NCBI RefSeq assembly: GCF_036365525.1
Contig: NC_090378.1
Coordinates: forward strand, 119,893,593 to 119,957,592
Origin: Heterodontus francisci
Taxonomy: Eukaryota
Direction: 5' to 3'
DNA length: 64,000 nt
Shown here: in pieces, positions 10,946 to 25,000 of the stretch
How positions within the stretch are numbered: the stretch's first letter is position 1
How the letters are laid out: each line of letters starts with the position of its first letter
The notes under the pieces: generated by a model
The model's input: the letters and a program-made list of their open reading frames with translations, nothing else
What the model was told of the DNA's origin: nothing
Databases searched by the model: none
Translations under genes and position numbers: made by a program

Positions 10946-13900
10946 CTTCTTTGGCCTCCTTGTCTCGGGAGATAATGGGTAAGCGCCTGGAGGTGGTCAG
11001 TGGTTTGTAAAGCAGCGCCTGGAGTAGCTATAAAGACCAATTCTAGAGTGACAGACTCTTCCACAGGTGCTGCAGAAAAAATTGGTTGTCGAGGCTGTTA
11101 CACAGTTGGCTCTCTCTTTGCGCTTCTGTCTTTTTTCCTGCCAACTGCTAAGTCTCTTTGACTCGCCACACTTTAGCCCCGCCTTTATGGCTGCCCGCCA
11201 GCTCTAGCGATCGCTGGCAACTGACCCCCACGACTTGTGATCAATGTCACAGGACTTCATGTCGCGTTTGCAGACGTCTTTAAAGCGGAGACATGGACGG
11301 CCGGAGGGTCTGATACCAGTGGCGAGCTCGCTGTGCAATGTGTCCTTGGGGATCCTGCCATCTTCCATGCGGCTCACATGGCCAAGCCATCTGAAGCGCC
11401 GCTGACTCAGTAGTGTGTATAAGCTGGGGATGTTGGTCGCCTCGAGGACTTCTGTGTTGGAGATACGGTCCTGCCACCTGATGGCAAGGATTCTCCGGAG
11501 GCAGCGAAGATGGAATGAATTGAGACGTCGCTCTTGGCTGACATACGTTGTCCAGGCCTCGCTGCCGTAGAGCAAGGTATTGAGGACACAGGCTTGATAC
11601 ACTCGGATTTTTGTGTTCCGTGTCAGTGCGCCATTTTCCCACATTCTCTTGGCCAGTCTGGACATAGCAGTGGAAGCCTTTCCCATGCGCTTGTTGATTT
11701 CTGCATCGAGAGACAGGTTACTGGGGATAGTTGAACCACTTCCAGAGTGTGGTCGCCGATATTGATGGATGGAGCATTTCTGACGTCCTGTCCCATGATG
11801 TTCATTTTCTTGAGGCTGATGGTTAGGACAAATTCATTGCAGGCAGCCGCAAACTTGTCGATGAGACTCTGCAGGCACTCTTCAGTGTGAGATGTTAAAG
11901 CAGCATCGTCAGCAAAGAGGAGTTCCCTGATGAGGACTTTCCGTACTTTGGTCTTCGCTCTTAGACAGGCAAGGTTGAACAACCTGCCCCCTGATCTTGT
12001 GTGGAGGAAAATTCCTTCTTCTGAAGACTTGAACGCGTGTGAGAGCAGCAGAGAGAAGAAAATCACAACCAGTGTAGGTGCGAGAACACAGCCCTGTTTC
12101 ACGCCACTCAGGATAGGAAAGGGGTCTGATGAGGTGCCGCTATGCTGAATTGTGCCTTTCATATTGTCATGGAATGAGGTGATGATACTTAGTAGCTTTG
12201 GTGGACATCCAATCTTTGTTAGTAGCCTGAAGAGACCACGTCTGCTGCCGAGGTCAAAGGCTTTGGTGAGATCAATGAAAGCAACATAGAGGGGCATCTG
12301 TTGTTCACGGCATTTCTCCTGTAGCTGACGAAGGGAGAACAGCGTGTCAATGGTCGATCTCTCTGCTCGAAGGCCACACTGTGCCTCAGGTTAGACACGC
12401 TTGGCCAGCTTCTGGAGCCTGTTTAAAGCGACTCGAGCGAAGACTTTCCCCACTATGCTGTGCAGGGAGATTCCACGGTAGTTGTTGCAGTCACCGCGGT
12501 CACCCTTGTTCTTATAGAGGGTGATGATATTGGCATCGCGCATGTCCTGTGGTGCTGCTCCCTCGTCCCAGCACAGGCAAAGCAGTTCGTAGAGTGCTGA
12601 GAGTTTGGCAGGCTTAGCACTCTTGCTTATTTCAGGGATAATGCCGTCCTTCCCAGGGTCTTTTCCGCTGGCTGGAGAATCAGTGGCATCACTGAGTTCT
12701 GATTTTGTTGGCTGTATGTCCAGCTCATCCATGACTGGCAGAGACTGGGCTGCATTGAGGGCGGTCTCAGTGACAACATTCTCCCTGGAGTACAGTTCTA
12801 GGTAGTGCTCCACCCAGCGGTCCATTTGCTTGCTTTGGTCAATGATTGTGTCCCCTCATTTAGATTTGAGGGGGGCGATCTTCTTGATGGTTGGCCCAAA
12901 AGCTCTCTTAATGCCATCATACATTCCAATGATGTTTCCGGTGTCAGAGGCCAGCTGAATATGACTGCATAGGTGTTGCCAGTAGTCATTTGCGCAGCGC
13001 CTGGCTGTTCTTTGTGCAGCGCTTCTGGCTGTTTTAAGTGCTACGGATGTTAACTCGCTGGGGGCTTTTTTGTAGTTCAGCAGTGCAATGCGCTTAGTGG
13101 CTATGACAGGTTCCAGCTCTTCAATGTGAGATTGAAACCAGTCTGCATTCCGCTTCACACGTTTGCCATAGGTGGTCATGGCTGACTCATAAATGGCGTC
13201 TCTGATGTGGGCCCACTTGGTCTCTGCATCCCCTGTGGGAGTGTTTTGAAGGGCTTTTCCAAGTGAATTTAGAAATTTTTGTAACAGCTGTGGATAAGAA
13301 ATTCTGCTCGTGTTGATGCGCGGGTGGCCCTTCTGCTTGGAGTGATGCAGCTTCTTTGGTTTGAGTCTAACCTTGCTGCACACCAGGGAGTGGTCGGTGT
13401 CGCAGTCCGCACTGTGGAAGCTGCATGTGATTTGAACACAGTTTAAGGAGGCTCGCCTTGTGACGATGAGGTCCAGCTGGTGCCAACGACGTGATCTTGG
13501 GTGCCTCCAAGAAACCTGGTGACAGGGTTTAGTGTGAAAGAACGAGTTGGTGATGCAGAGGTTATGATAGGTACACAACTCAAGCAGTCTCTGTCCATTC
13601 TCATTCATCCTTCCAACGCCATAGCGCCCAAGGCAGGAGGGCCATGAGTCATGGTCGGCCCCAACCCTGGCATTAAAGTCCCCCAGCAGGAACAGATGTT
13701 CGGTATTTGGGATGCTACCAATGATATTATGGAGTTCCTCGTAGAACTGGTCTTTATCTTCATGTGGGGAGCAGAGTGTTGAAGCATAGATGCTGAGTAG
13801 GTGTACTGGACCAGAGGTGGTGAGCAGTCGGATGGACAGTATGCGTTCTGAGCCATTTGAAGGTGGCTCTATCATGCTGAGCAAAGAGTTTCTGATGGCG

Positions 13901-14720
13901 AAGCCCACTCCATGCTGTCTTAGTTCTTCAGGAACCCTACCCTGCCAGAAGAAGGTGTAGTCTTGCTCTGTTAGAGATCTGCTCGCTGGGAGGCATGTCT
14001 CCTGAAGTGCTGCAATGTCCACATTGAGTCTACTGAGCTCGTTGTTAATGATGGCGGTCTTCCGAGAATCGTTGATTTGTGTAAGGTCTTCCGACAGGCC
14101 AGGACACATAGTTCTGACGTTCCAGTTTGCAAAACGAAGGGCTGGTACCTTCTTTCCTTTTTTCGTGCTGTTTGGTGCAGTGTTGCAGTCCGCTTTTCGG
14201 GCAATAACCCTGAGCTCCAAGCACCCATTGAAGCAGGTGGACTGTGGGGGGACAGAACCTTATTGACTGGGGGCTTCCCGGTTTGAGGCGGGCGGTAGCT
14301 GTCCACTGAGGTGCGATGACCTCTTCCACTGACAAAGGCAACCCGTGGCGCCCAATCTCTACGCCAATTGAGCTGGACTTATAACCTGTAACTGTTGCCT
14401 TCCGTGTTGTTTCGGTTGCTGTGAGGCGACTTTGGAGTGACCTCTCCATGGCGCTTGCCTGGGTGAATGTATGGAGGTTGTGAGTTGCCCAAGCGTCAAA
14501 ACCCCCCTCTCGGCCTTCTGGTGGGGTCCAAAGGAGTGCAGAGCACGATATTTGGCACCGGTATGGCTGCAGGAACTGCCGGAAACATGCCTAAAGTGAC
14601 ACATGACCGCCTACGGGGTTCCGCTCCGGATTTCTGTTAGGGTTTACTGCCTTAGCCTTGGACTCTCCCAAGACGCCAACAAGGCAGTGGGGTTGTTAGG
14701 GCCCCTGCTCAGGGCTAGGT
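10946..14720 (-). mobile_element. RTE-clade LINE, near full length, a few frameshifts
   Basis: EN ORF 12856-14220 (WNVRT, IAALQET, GVGFAI, LLGDFNARVG, WHQLD, DTDH). RT ORFs 12391-12825 and 11623-12297 (NYRGISL, FIDLTKAFD, GVKQGCVLAP, LLFADD). C-terminus 11204-11686 (LLYGSEAW, RWLGHV.RM). Confidence 0.93.
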
Positions 14721-14727
14721 GGATGCC

Positions 14728-14962
14728 GGTGGGAGGAGGGGGTGCGAGGGGGAGGGGTGGAGGGAAGGGGGTGCGAGGGGGAGCTGGGAAGGGGGCTGTA
14801 GAGGGGTGGGGGGGTTCAGGCGAAGGGGGTGCAGGGGGAAGATGGTGCAAGGGGGGAGCTGGGAAGGGGTTGCGAGGGGGGAGGGGGTGGGGTAAGAGGG
14901 TGCTGGGGGGGGTGAGCTGGGAGGGGGGAGCTGGGAAGGGGAAGCGGGGGGAGTGAAGGGGA
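14728..14962 (+). repeat. G-rich low-complexity tract (G-quadruplex-prone)
   Basis: Dense G3-G8 runs with repeated gggggagctgggaagggg / gcgagggg units. Confidence 0.85.
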
Positions 14963-14999
14963 TGCAGGTAATAAAACATTTCATCAGTTCCCACCATCC

Positions 15000-15272
15000 A
15001 TGCCGGGAAAGCTCAACCGCGTCCTCCGGGAGGTGGGTGACAGCCTCGGGCGCCAGTACCAGCAGGAATTCGTAGACATTGAGCTGACAGTATTGGAGGC
15101 TGCAGGGAGCTGGCAGTATTGGAGGGTACAGGGAGTGGCAGTATTGGAGGGTACAGGGAGTGGCAGTATTGGAGGGTACAGGGAGTGGCAGTATTGGGGG
15201 GGGGGAGCAGGGAGCTGGCAGTATTGGGGGGGCGGAGCAGGGAGCTGGCAGTATTGGGGGAACAGGGTCTAA
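15000..15272 (+). other. Short ORF whose N-terminal part resembles a Bcl-2-family BH3 helix (gene fragment or micro-gene)
   Basis: MPGKLNRVLREVGDSLGRQYQQEFVDI fits L-x-x-x-G-D-x-hydrophobic-x-R-x-Y-x-x-(D/E)-F. The rest of the ORF is minisatellite-derived. Confidence 0.4.
15085..15266. repeat. 24-29-bp minisatellite, about 7 copies
   Basis: Repeated (c)tggcagtattggagggtacagggag and variants. Confidence 0.9.
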
Positions 15273-15489
15273 CAGTCCTGTGAGTCCAGGTATTTTGGAT
15301 TTAAATATCCTGTTTCATCCACTTTCAAACCTCCTGTTTCCAATTTCTCCTGTCTTCCCACCGTCAGCGTTTCTCTGTCTCTGTTCAGGAGGTGATTGAC
15401 TGCAAAACCATGAATTTCCAGTATACAATGTTTTCTGTCCAATGAAACAGAATAAAATCTATTATTTTACACCATTGCTGTCTCTCAGT

Positions 15490-15945
15490 GTTGTTTGCCA
15501 GAATGAGTTCCACATTCTAACCTCTCTCTGGTTAAAAAAGTTGCTCCTGAATTCCCTATTGGATTTAATGTTGATTATTGTATGTTCTGATCTCACCCAC
15601 AATTGGAAGAATCTTCTCAACATCTACTCTCTCAAACCTCTTCATATCCTGAAAGACATTCATGAGGTCACCAAAGAGCCCCAGCCTGTTTAGCCTTTCC
15701 TGATCAGTTTATCCTCTCAGTTCTGGTAAATCTATTTTGCACCTTCTCCACTGGCTCGAGATCCTTTTCAGAATATGGAGGCTCGAACCGTTCAGTGTAC
15801 GTCAAGTGTGGCCTCACCAACATTGGACAGCAGTTCAACAGAAATTCACTGCTTTTCAGTTCGAAGCCTCTAGAAATAAATCCAGCTGCTTGATTTGCTT
15901 TGTTTAAGTCTTTATTCACCTGTGTCACTACTTTTAGTGATTTTT
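15490..15945 (-). mobile_element. Old CR1 LINE 3' fragment
   Basis: KANQAAGFISRGFELKS…LVRPHLTY…KVQNRFTR is a degenerate version of the CR1 ORF2 C-terminal motif seen at 8529-8813. Confidence 0.75.
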
Positions 15946-16096
15946 CATATTTTTGCCTCATTGTTCCTATTATCCACAAATCTTCATTGAATTTCTCCAA
16001 TCAGGTTATCAGCCCTGTCACATCACCATAACGGCTGGAACCAGTGACACATGGACTCATCTGTGACTTCAATCCTGGAGCATTATCCGTCTTCAA

Positions 16097-19000
16097 CACA
16101 CACCCACAGTACTGGGTAACACACCCACACTCAGAGACACTCACCTACAGACAGTACTGGGTAACGCACCCACATTCAGAGACACTCACCTACAGACAGT
16201 ACTGGGTAACGCACCCACACCCAGAGACACTCACCTACAGACAGTACTGGGTAACGCACCCACATTCAGAGACACTCACCTACAGACAGTACTGGGTAAT
16301 ACACCCACACTCAGAGACACACCTACAGACAGTACTGGGTGACACACCCACACTCAGAGACACTCACCTACAGACAGTACTGGGTAACGCACCCACACCC
16401 AGAGACACAGACCTACAGACAGTACTGGGTAATACACCCACACTCAGAGACACACCTACAGACAGTACTGGGTGACACACCCACACTCAGAGACACTCAC
16501 CTACAGACAGTACTGGGTAACGCACCCACACCCAGAGACACTCACCTACAGACAGTACTGGGTAACGCACCCACATTCAGAGACACTCACCTACAGACAG
16601 TACTGGGTAACGCACCCACACCCAGAGACACTCACCTGCAGACAGTACTGGGTAACGCACCCACATTCAGAGACACTCACCTACAGACAGTACTGGGTAA
16701 TACACCCACACTCAGAGACACACCTACAGACAGTACTGGGTGACACACCCACACTCAGAGACACTCACCTACAGACAGTACTGGGTAACGCACCCACACC
16801 CAGAGACACTCACCTACAGACAGTACTGGGTACCACACCCACACTCAGAGACACACACCTACAGACAGTACTGGGTAACACACCCACACTCAGAGACACA
16901 CACCTACAGACAGTACTGGGGAACGCACCCACTCTCAGAGACACTCACCTACAGACAGTACTGGGTAACACATCCACACTAAGAGACACACACCTACAGA
17001 CAGTACTGGGGAACGCACCCACTCTCAGAGACACACACCTGCAGACAGTCCTGGGTAACACACCCACACTCAGAGACACACACCTACAGACAGTACTGGG
17101 TAACACACCCACACTCAGAGACACACACCTACAGACAGCACTGGGGAACGCACCCACTCTCAGAGACACACACCTACAGACAGTACTGGGTAACACACCC
17201 ACACTCAGAGACACACACCTACAGACAGTACTGGGTAACACACCCACACTCAGAGACACACACCTACAGACAGTACTGGGTAACACACCCACACTCAGAG
17301 ACACACACCTACAGACAGTACTGGGTAATACACCCACACTCAGAGACACACACCTACAGACAGTACTGGGTAATACACCCACACTCAGAGACACACACCT
17401 ACAGACAGTACTGGGGAACGCACCCACTCTCAGAGACACACACCTGCAGACGGTCCTGGGTAATACACCCACATTCAGAGACACACACCTACAGACAGTA
17501 CTGGGTAACACACCCACACTCAGAGACACACACTGACAGACAGTACTGGGTAACACACCCACATTCAGAGACACTCACTGACAGACAGTACTGGGTAACA
17601 CATCCACACTCAGAGACACGCACCTACAGACAGTACTGGGTAACACACCCACACTCAGAGACACGCACCTACAGACAGTACTGGGTAACACACCCACATT
17701 CAGAGACACTCACTGACAGACAGTACTGGGTAACACATCCACACTCAGAGACACGCACCTACAGACAGTACTGGGTAACACACCCACACTCAGAGACACA
17801 CACCTACAGACAGTACTGGGGAACGCACCCACTCTCAGAGACACACACCTGCAGACAGTCCTGGGTAATACACCCACATTCAGAGACACACACCTACAGA
17901 CAGTACTGGGTAACACACCCACATTCAGAGACACTCACTGACAGACAGTACTGGGTAACACATCCACACTCAGAGACACGCACCTACAGACAGTACTGGG
18001 TAACACACCCACACTCAGAGACACACACCTACAGACAGTACTGGGGAACGCACCCACTCTCAGAGACACACACCTGCAGACAGTCCTGGGTAACACACCC
18101 ACACTCAGAGACACACACTGACAGACAGTACTGGGTAATACACCCACACTCAGAGACACACACCTACAGACAGTACTGGGTAACGCACCCACATTCAGAG
18201 ACACTCACCTACAGACAGTACTGGGTAATACACCCACACTCAGAGACACACACCGACAGACAGTACTGGGTGACACACCTACACTCAGAGACACACACCT
18301 ACAGACAGTACTGGGGAACGCACCCACTCTCAGAGACACTCACCTACAGACAGTACTGGGTAACACATCCACACTCAGAGACACACACCTACAGACAGTA
18401 CTGGGGAACGCACCCACTCTCAGAGACAGACACCTGCAGACAGTCCTGGGTAACACACCCACACTCAGAGACACACACCTACAGACAGTACTGGGTAACA
18501 CACCCACACTCAGAGACACACACCTACAGACAGCACTGGGGAACGCACCCACTCTCAGAGACACACACCTACAGACAGTACTGGGTAACACACCCACACT
18601 CAGAGACACACACCTACAGACAGTACTGGGTAACACACCTACACTCAGAGACACACACCTACAGACAGTACTGGGTAACACACCCACACTCAGAGACACA
18701 CACCTACAGACAGTACTGGGTAATACACCCACACTCAGAGACACACACCTACAGACAGTACTGGGTAATACACCCACACTCAGAGACACACACTGACAGA
18801 GAGTACTGGGTAACACACCCACATTCAGAGACACTCACTGACAGACAGTACTGGGTAACACATCCACACTCAGAGACACGCACCTACAGACAGTACTGGG
18901 TAACACACCCACACTCAGAGACACGCACCTACAGACAGTACTGGGTAACACACCCACATTCAGAGACACTCACTGACAGACAGCACTGGGTAACACATCC

Positions 19001-22000
19001 ACACTCAGAGACACGCACCTACAGACAGTACTGGGTAACACACCCACACTCAGAGACACACACCTACAGACAGTACTGGGGAACGCACCCACTCTCAGAG
19101 ACACACACCTGCAGACAGTCCTGGGTAATACACCCACATTCAGAGACACACACCTACAGACAGTACTGGGTAACACACCCACATTCAGAGACACTCACTG
19201 ACAGACAGTACTGGGTAACACATCCACACTCAGAGACACGCACCTACAGACAGTACTGGGTAACACACCCACACTCAGAGACACACACCTACAGACAGTA
19301 CTGGGGAACGCACCCACTCTCAGAGACACACAACTGCAGACAGTCCTGGGTAACACACCCACACTCAGAGACACACACTGACAGACAGTACTGGGTAATA
19401 CACCCACACTCAGAGACACACACCTACAGACAGTACTGGGTAACGCACCCACATTCAGAGACACTCACCTACAGACAGTACTGGGTAATACACCCACACT
19501 CAGAGACACACACCGACAGACAGTACTGGGTGACACACCTACACTCAGAGACACACACCTACAGACAGTACTGGGGAACGCACCCACTCTCAGAGACACT
19601 CACCTACAGACAGTACTGGGTAACACATCCACACTCAGAGACACACACCTACAGACAGTACTGGGGAACGCACCCACTCTCAGAGACACACACCTGCAGA
19701 CAGTCCTGGGTAACACACCCACACTCAGAGACACACACCTACAGACAGTACTGGGTAACACACCCACACTCAGAGACACACACCTACAGACAGCACTGGG
19801 GAACGCACCCACTCTCAGAGACACACACCTACAGACAGTACTGGGTAACACACCCACACTCAGAGACACACACCTACAGACAGTACTGTGTAACACACCT
19901 ACACTCAGAGACACACACCTACAGACAGTACTGGGTAACACACCCACACTCAGAGACACGCACCTACAGACAGTACTGGGTAATACACCCACACTCAGAG
20001 ACACACACCTACAGACAGTACTGGGTAATACACCCACACTCAGAGACACACACTGACAGACAGTACTGGGTAATACACCCACACTCAGAGACACACACCT
20101 ACAGACAGTACTGGGGAACGCACCCACTCTCAGAGACACACACCTGCAGACAGTCCTGGGTAATACACCCACATTCAGAGACACACATCTACAGACAGTA
20201 CTGGGTAACCCACCCACACTCAGAGACACACACTGACAGACAGTACTGGGTAACACACCCACATTCAGAGACACTCACTGACAGACAGTACTGGGTAACA
20301 CATCTACACTCAGAGACACGCACCTACAGACAGTACTGGGTAACACACCCACACTCAGAGACACGCACCTACAGACAGTACTGGGTAACACACCCACATT
20401 CAGAGACACTCACTGACAGACAGTACTGGGTAACACATCCACACTCAGAGACACGCACCTACAGACAGTACTGGGTAACACACCCACACTCAGAGACACA
20501 CACCTACAGACAGTACTGGGGAACGCACCCACTCTCAGAGACACACACCTGCAGACAGTCCTGGGTAACACACCCACACTCAGAGACACACACTGACAGA
20601 CAGTACTGGGTAATACACCCACACTCAGAGACACACACCGACAGACATACTGGGTGACACACCTACACTCAGAGACACACACCTACAGACAGTACTGGGG
20701 AACGCACCCACTCTCAGAGACACACACCTGCAGACAGTCCTGGGTAACACACCCACACTCAGAGACACTCACCTACAGACAGTACTGGGTAATACACCCA
20801 CATTCAGAGACACACACCTACAGACAGTACTGGGTAACACACCCACACTCAGAGACACACACCTACAGACAGCACTGGGGAACGCATCCACTCTCTGAGA
20901 CACACACCTACAGACAGTACAGGGTAACACACCCACACTCAGAGACACACACCTACAGACAGTACTGGGTAACACACCCACATTCAGAGACACTCACTGA
21001 CAGACAGTACTGGGTAACACATCCACACTCAGAGACACGCACCTACAGACAGTACTGGGTAACACACCCACACTCAGAGACACACACCTACAGACAGTAC
21101 TGGGGAACGCACCCACACTCAGAGACACACACCTGCAGACAGTCCTGGGTAATACACCCACATTCAGAGACACACACCTACAGACAGTACTGGGTAACAC
21201 ACCCACATTCAGAGACACTCACTGACAGACAGTACTGGGTAACACATCCACACTCAGAGACACGCACCTACAGACAGTACTGGGTAACACACCCACACTC
21301 AGAGACACACACCTACAGACAGTACTGGGGAACGCACCCACTCTCAGAGACACACACCTGCAGACAGTCCTGGGTAACACACCCACAATCAGAGACACAC
21401 ACTGACAGACAGTACTGGGTAATACACCCACACTCAGAGACACACACCTACAGACAGTACTGGGTAACGCACCCACATTCAGAGACACTCACCTACAGAC
21501 AGTACTGGGTAATACACCCACACTCAGAGACACACACCGACAGACAGTACTGGGTGACACACCTACACTCAGAGACACACACCGACAGACAGTACTGGGG
21601 AACGCACCCACTCTCAGAGACACTCACCTACAGACAGTACTGGGTAACACACCCACACTCAGAGACACACACCTACAGACAGTACTGGGTAACACACCCA
21701 CACTCAGAGACACACACCGACAGACATACTGGGTGACACACCTACACTCAGAGACACACACCTACAGACAGTACTGGGGAACGCACCCACTCTCAGAGAC
21801 ACACACCTGCAGACAGTCCTGGGTAACACACCCACACTCAGAGACACTCACCTACAGACAGTACTGGGTAATACACCCACATTCAGAGACACACACCTAC
21901 AGACAGTACTGGGTAACACACCCACACTCAGAGACACACACCTACAGACAGCACTGGGGAACGCATCCACTCTCTGAGACACACACCTACAGACAGTACA

Positions 22001-25000
22001 GGGTAACACACCCACACTCAGAGACACACACCTACAGACAGTACTGGGTAACACACCCACATTCAGAGACACTCACTGACAGACAGTACTGGGTAACACA
22101 TCCACACTCAGAGACACGCACCTACAGACAGTACTGGGTAACACACCCACACTCAGAGACACACACCTACAGACAGTACTGGGGAACGCACCCACACTCA
22201 GAGACACACACCTGCAGACAGTCCTGGGTAATACACCCACATTCAGAGACACACACCTACAGACAGTACTGGGTAACACACCCACATTCAGAGACACTCA
22301 CTGACAGACAGTACTGGGTAACACATCCACACTCAGAGACACGCACCTACAGACAGTACTGGGTAACACACCCACACTCAGAGACACACACCTACAGACA
22401 GTACTGGGGAACGCACCCACTCTCAGAGACACACACCTGCAGACAGTCCTGGGTAACACACCCACACTCAGAGACACACACTGACAGACAGTACTGGGTA
22501 ATACACCCACACTCAGAGACACACACCTACAGACAGTACTGGGTAACGCACCCACATTCAGAGACACTCACCTACAGACAGTACTGGGTAATACACCCAC
22601 ACTCAGAGACACACACCGACAGACAGTACTGGGTGACACACCTACACTCAGAGACACACACCGACAGACAGTACTGGGGAACGCACCCACTCTCAGAGAC
22701 ACTCACCTACAGACAGTACTGGGTAACACATCCACACTCAGAGACACACACCTACAGACAGCACTGGGGAGCGCACCCACTCTCAGAGACACACACCTAC
22801 AGACAGTACTGGGTAACACACCCACACTCAGAGACACACACCTACAGACAGTACTGGGTAACACACCCACACTCAGAGACACACACCTACAGACAGTCCT
22901 GGGTAACACACCCACACTCAGAGACACACACCTACAGACAGTACTGGGTAATACACCCACACTCAGAGACACACACCTACAGACAGTACTGGGTAATACA
23001 CCCACACTCAGAGACACACACCTACAGACAGTACTGGGGAACGCACCCACTCTCAGAGACACACACCTGCAGACAGTCCTGGGTCACACACCCACACTCA
23101 GAGACACACACTGACAGACAGTACTGGGTAATACACCCACACTCAGAGACACACACCTACAGACAGTACTGGGTGACACACCTACACTCAGAGACACACA
23201 CCTACAGACAGTACTGGGGAACGCACCCACTCTCAGAGACACACACCTGCAGACAGTCCTGGGTAACACACCCACACTCAGAGACACTCACCTACAGACA
23301 GTACTGGGTAATACACCCACATTCAGAGACACACACCTACAGACAGTACTGGGTAACACACCCACACTCAGACACACTCACCTACAGACAGTACTGGGTA
23401 ACACATCCACACTCAGAGACACACACCTACAGACAGCACTGGGGAGCGCACCCACTCTCAGAGACACACACCTACAGACAGTACTGGGTAACACACCCAC
23501 ACTCAGAGACACACACCTACAGACAGTACTGGGTAACACACCCACACTCAGAGACACACACCTACAGACAGTCCTGGGTAACACACCCACACTCAGAGAC
23601 ACACACCTACAGACAGTACTGGGTAATACACCCACACTCAGAGACACACACCTACAGACAGTACTGGGTAATACACCCACACTCAGAGACACACACCTAC
23701 AGACAGTACTGGGGAACGCACCCACTCTCAGAGACACACACCTGCAGACAGTCCTGGGTCACACACCCACACTCAGAGACACACACTGACAGACAGTACT
23801 GGGTAATACACCCACACTCAGAGACACACACCGACAGACAGTACTGGGTGACACACCTACACTCAGAGACACACACCTACAGACAGTACTGGGGAACGCA
23901 CCCACTCTCAGAGACACACACCTGCAGACAGTCCTGGGTAACACACCCACACTCAGAGACACACACCTACAGACAGTACTGGGTAATACACCCACATTCA
24001 GAGACACACACCTACAGACAGTACTGGGTAACACACCCACACTCAGAGACACACACCTACAGACAGCACTGGGGAACGCATCCACTCTCTGAGACACACA
24101 CCTACAGACAGTACAGGGTAACACACCCACACTCAGAGACACACACCTACAGACAGTACTGGGTAACACACCCACATTCAGAGACACTCACTGACAGACA
24201 GTACTGGGTAACACATCCACACTCAGAGACACGCACCTACAGACAGTACTGGGTAACACACCCACACTCAGAGACACACACCTACAGACAGTACTGGGGA
24301 ACGCACCCACACTCAGAGACACACACCTGCAGACAGTCCTGGGTAATACACCCACATTCAGAGACACACACCTACAGACAGTACTGGGTAACACACCCAC
24401 ATTCAGAGACACTCACTGACAGACAGTACTGGGTAACACATCCACACTCAGAGACACGCACCTACAGACAGTACTGGGTAACACACCCACACTCAGAGAC
24501 ACACACCTACAGACAGTACTGGGGAACGCACCCACTCTCAGAGACACACACCTGCAGACAGTCCTGGGTAACACACCCACACTCAGAGACACACACTGAC
24601 AGACAGTACTGGGTAATACACCCACACTCAGAGACACACACCTACAGACAGTACTGGGTAACGCACCCACATTCAGAGACACTCACCTACAGACAGTACT
24701 GGGTAATACACCCACACTCAGAGACACACACCGACAGACAGTACTGGGTGACACACCTACACTCAGAGACACACACCGACAGACAGTACTGGGGAACGCA
24801 CCCACTCTCAGAGACACTCACCTACAGACAGTACTGGGTAAAACATCCACACTCAGAGACACACACCTACAGACAGCACTGGGGAGCGCACCCACTCTCA
24901 GAGACACACACCTACAGACAGTACTGGGGAACGCACCCACTCTCAGAGACACACACCTGCAGACAGTCCTGGGTCACACACCCACACTCAGAGACACACA

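Noticed and set aside
14603-14997. Gly-rich and Pro-rich ORFs
   Set aside because: Products of the G-rich low-complexity tract.
17530-17545. Satellite variant CACACTGACAG identical to the J heptamer plus the first 4 spacer bases
   Set aside because: No nonamer-like sequence at 12 or 23 bp, and an 11-bp match in CA-rich DNA is unremarkable.
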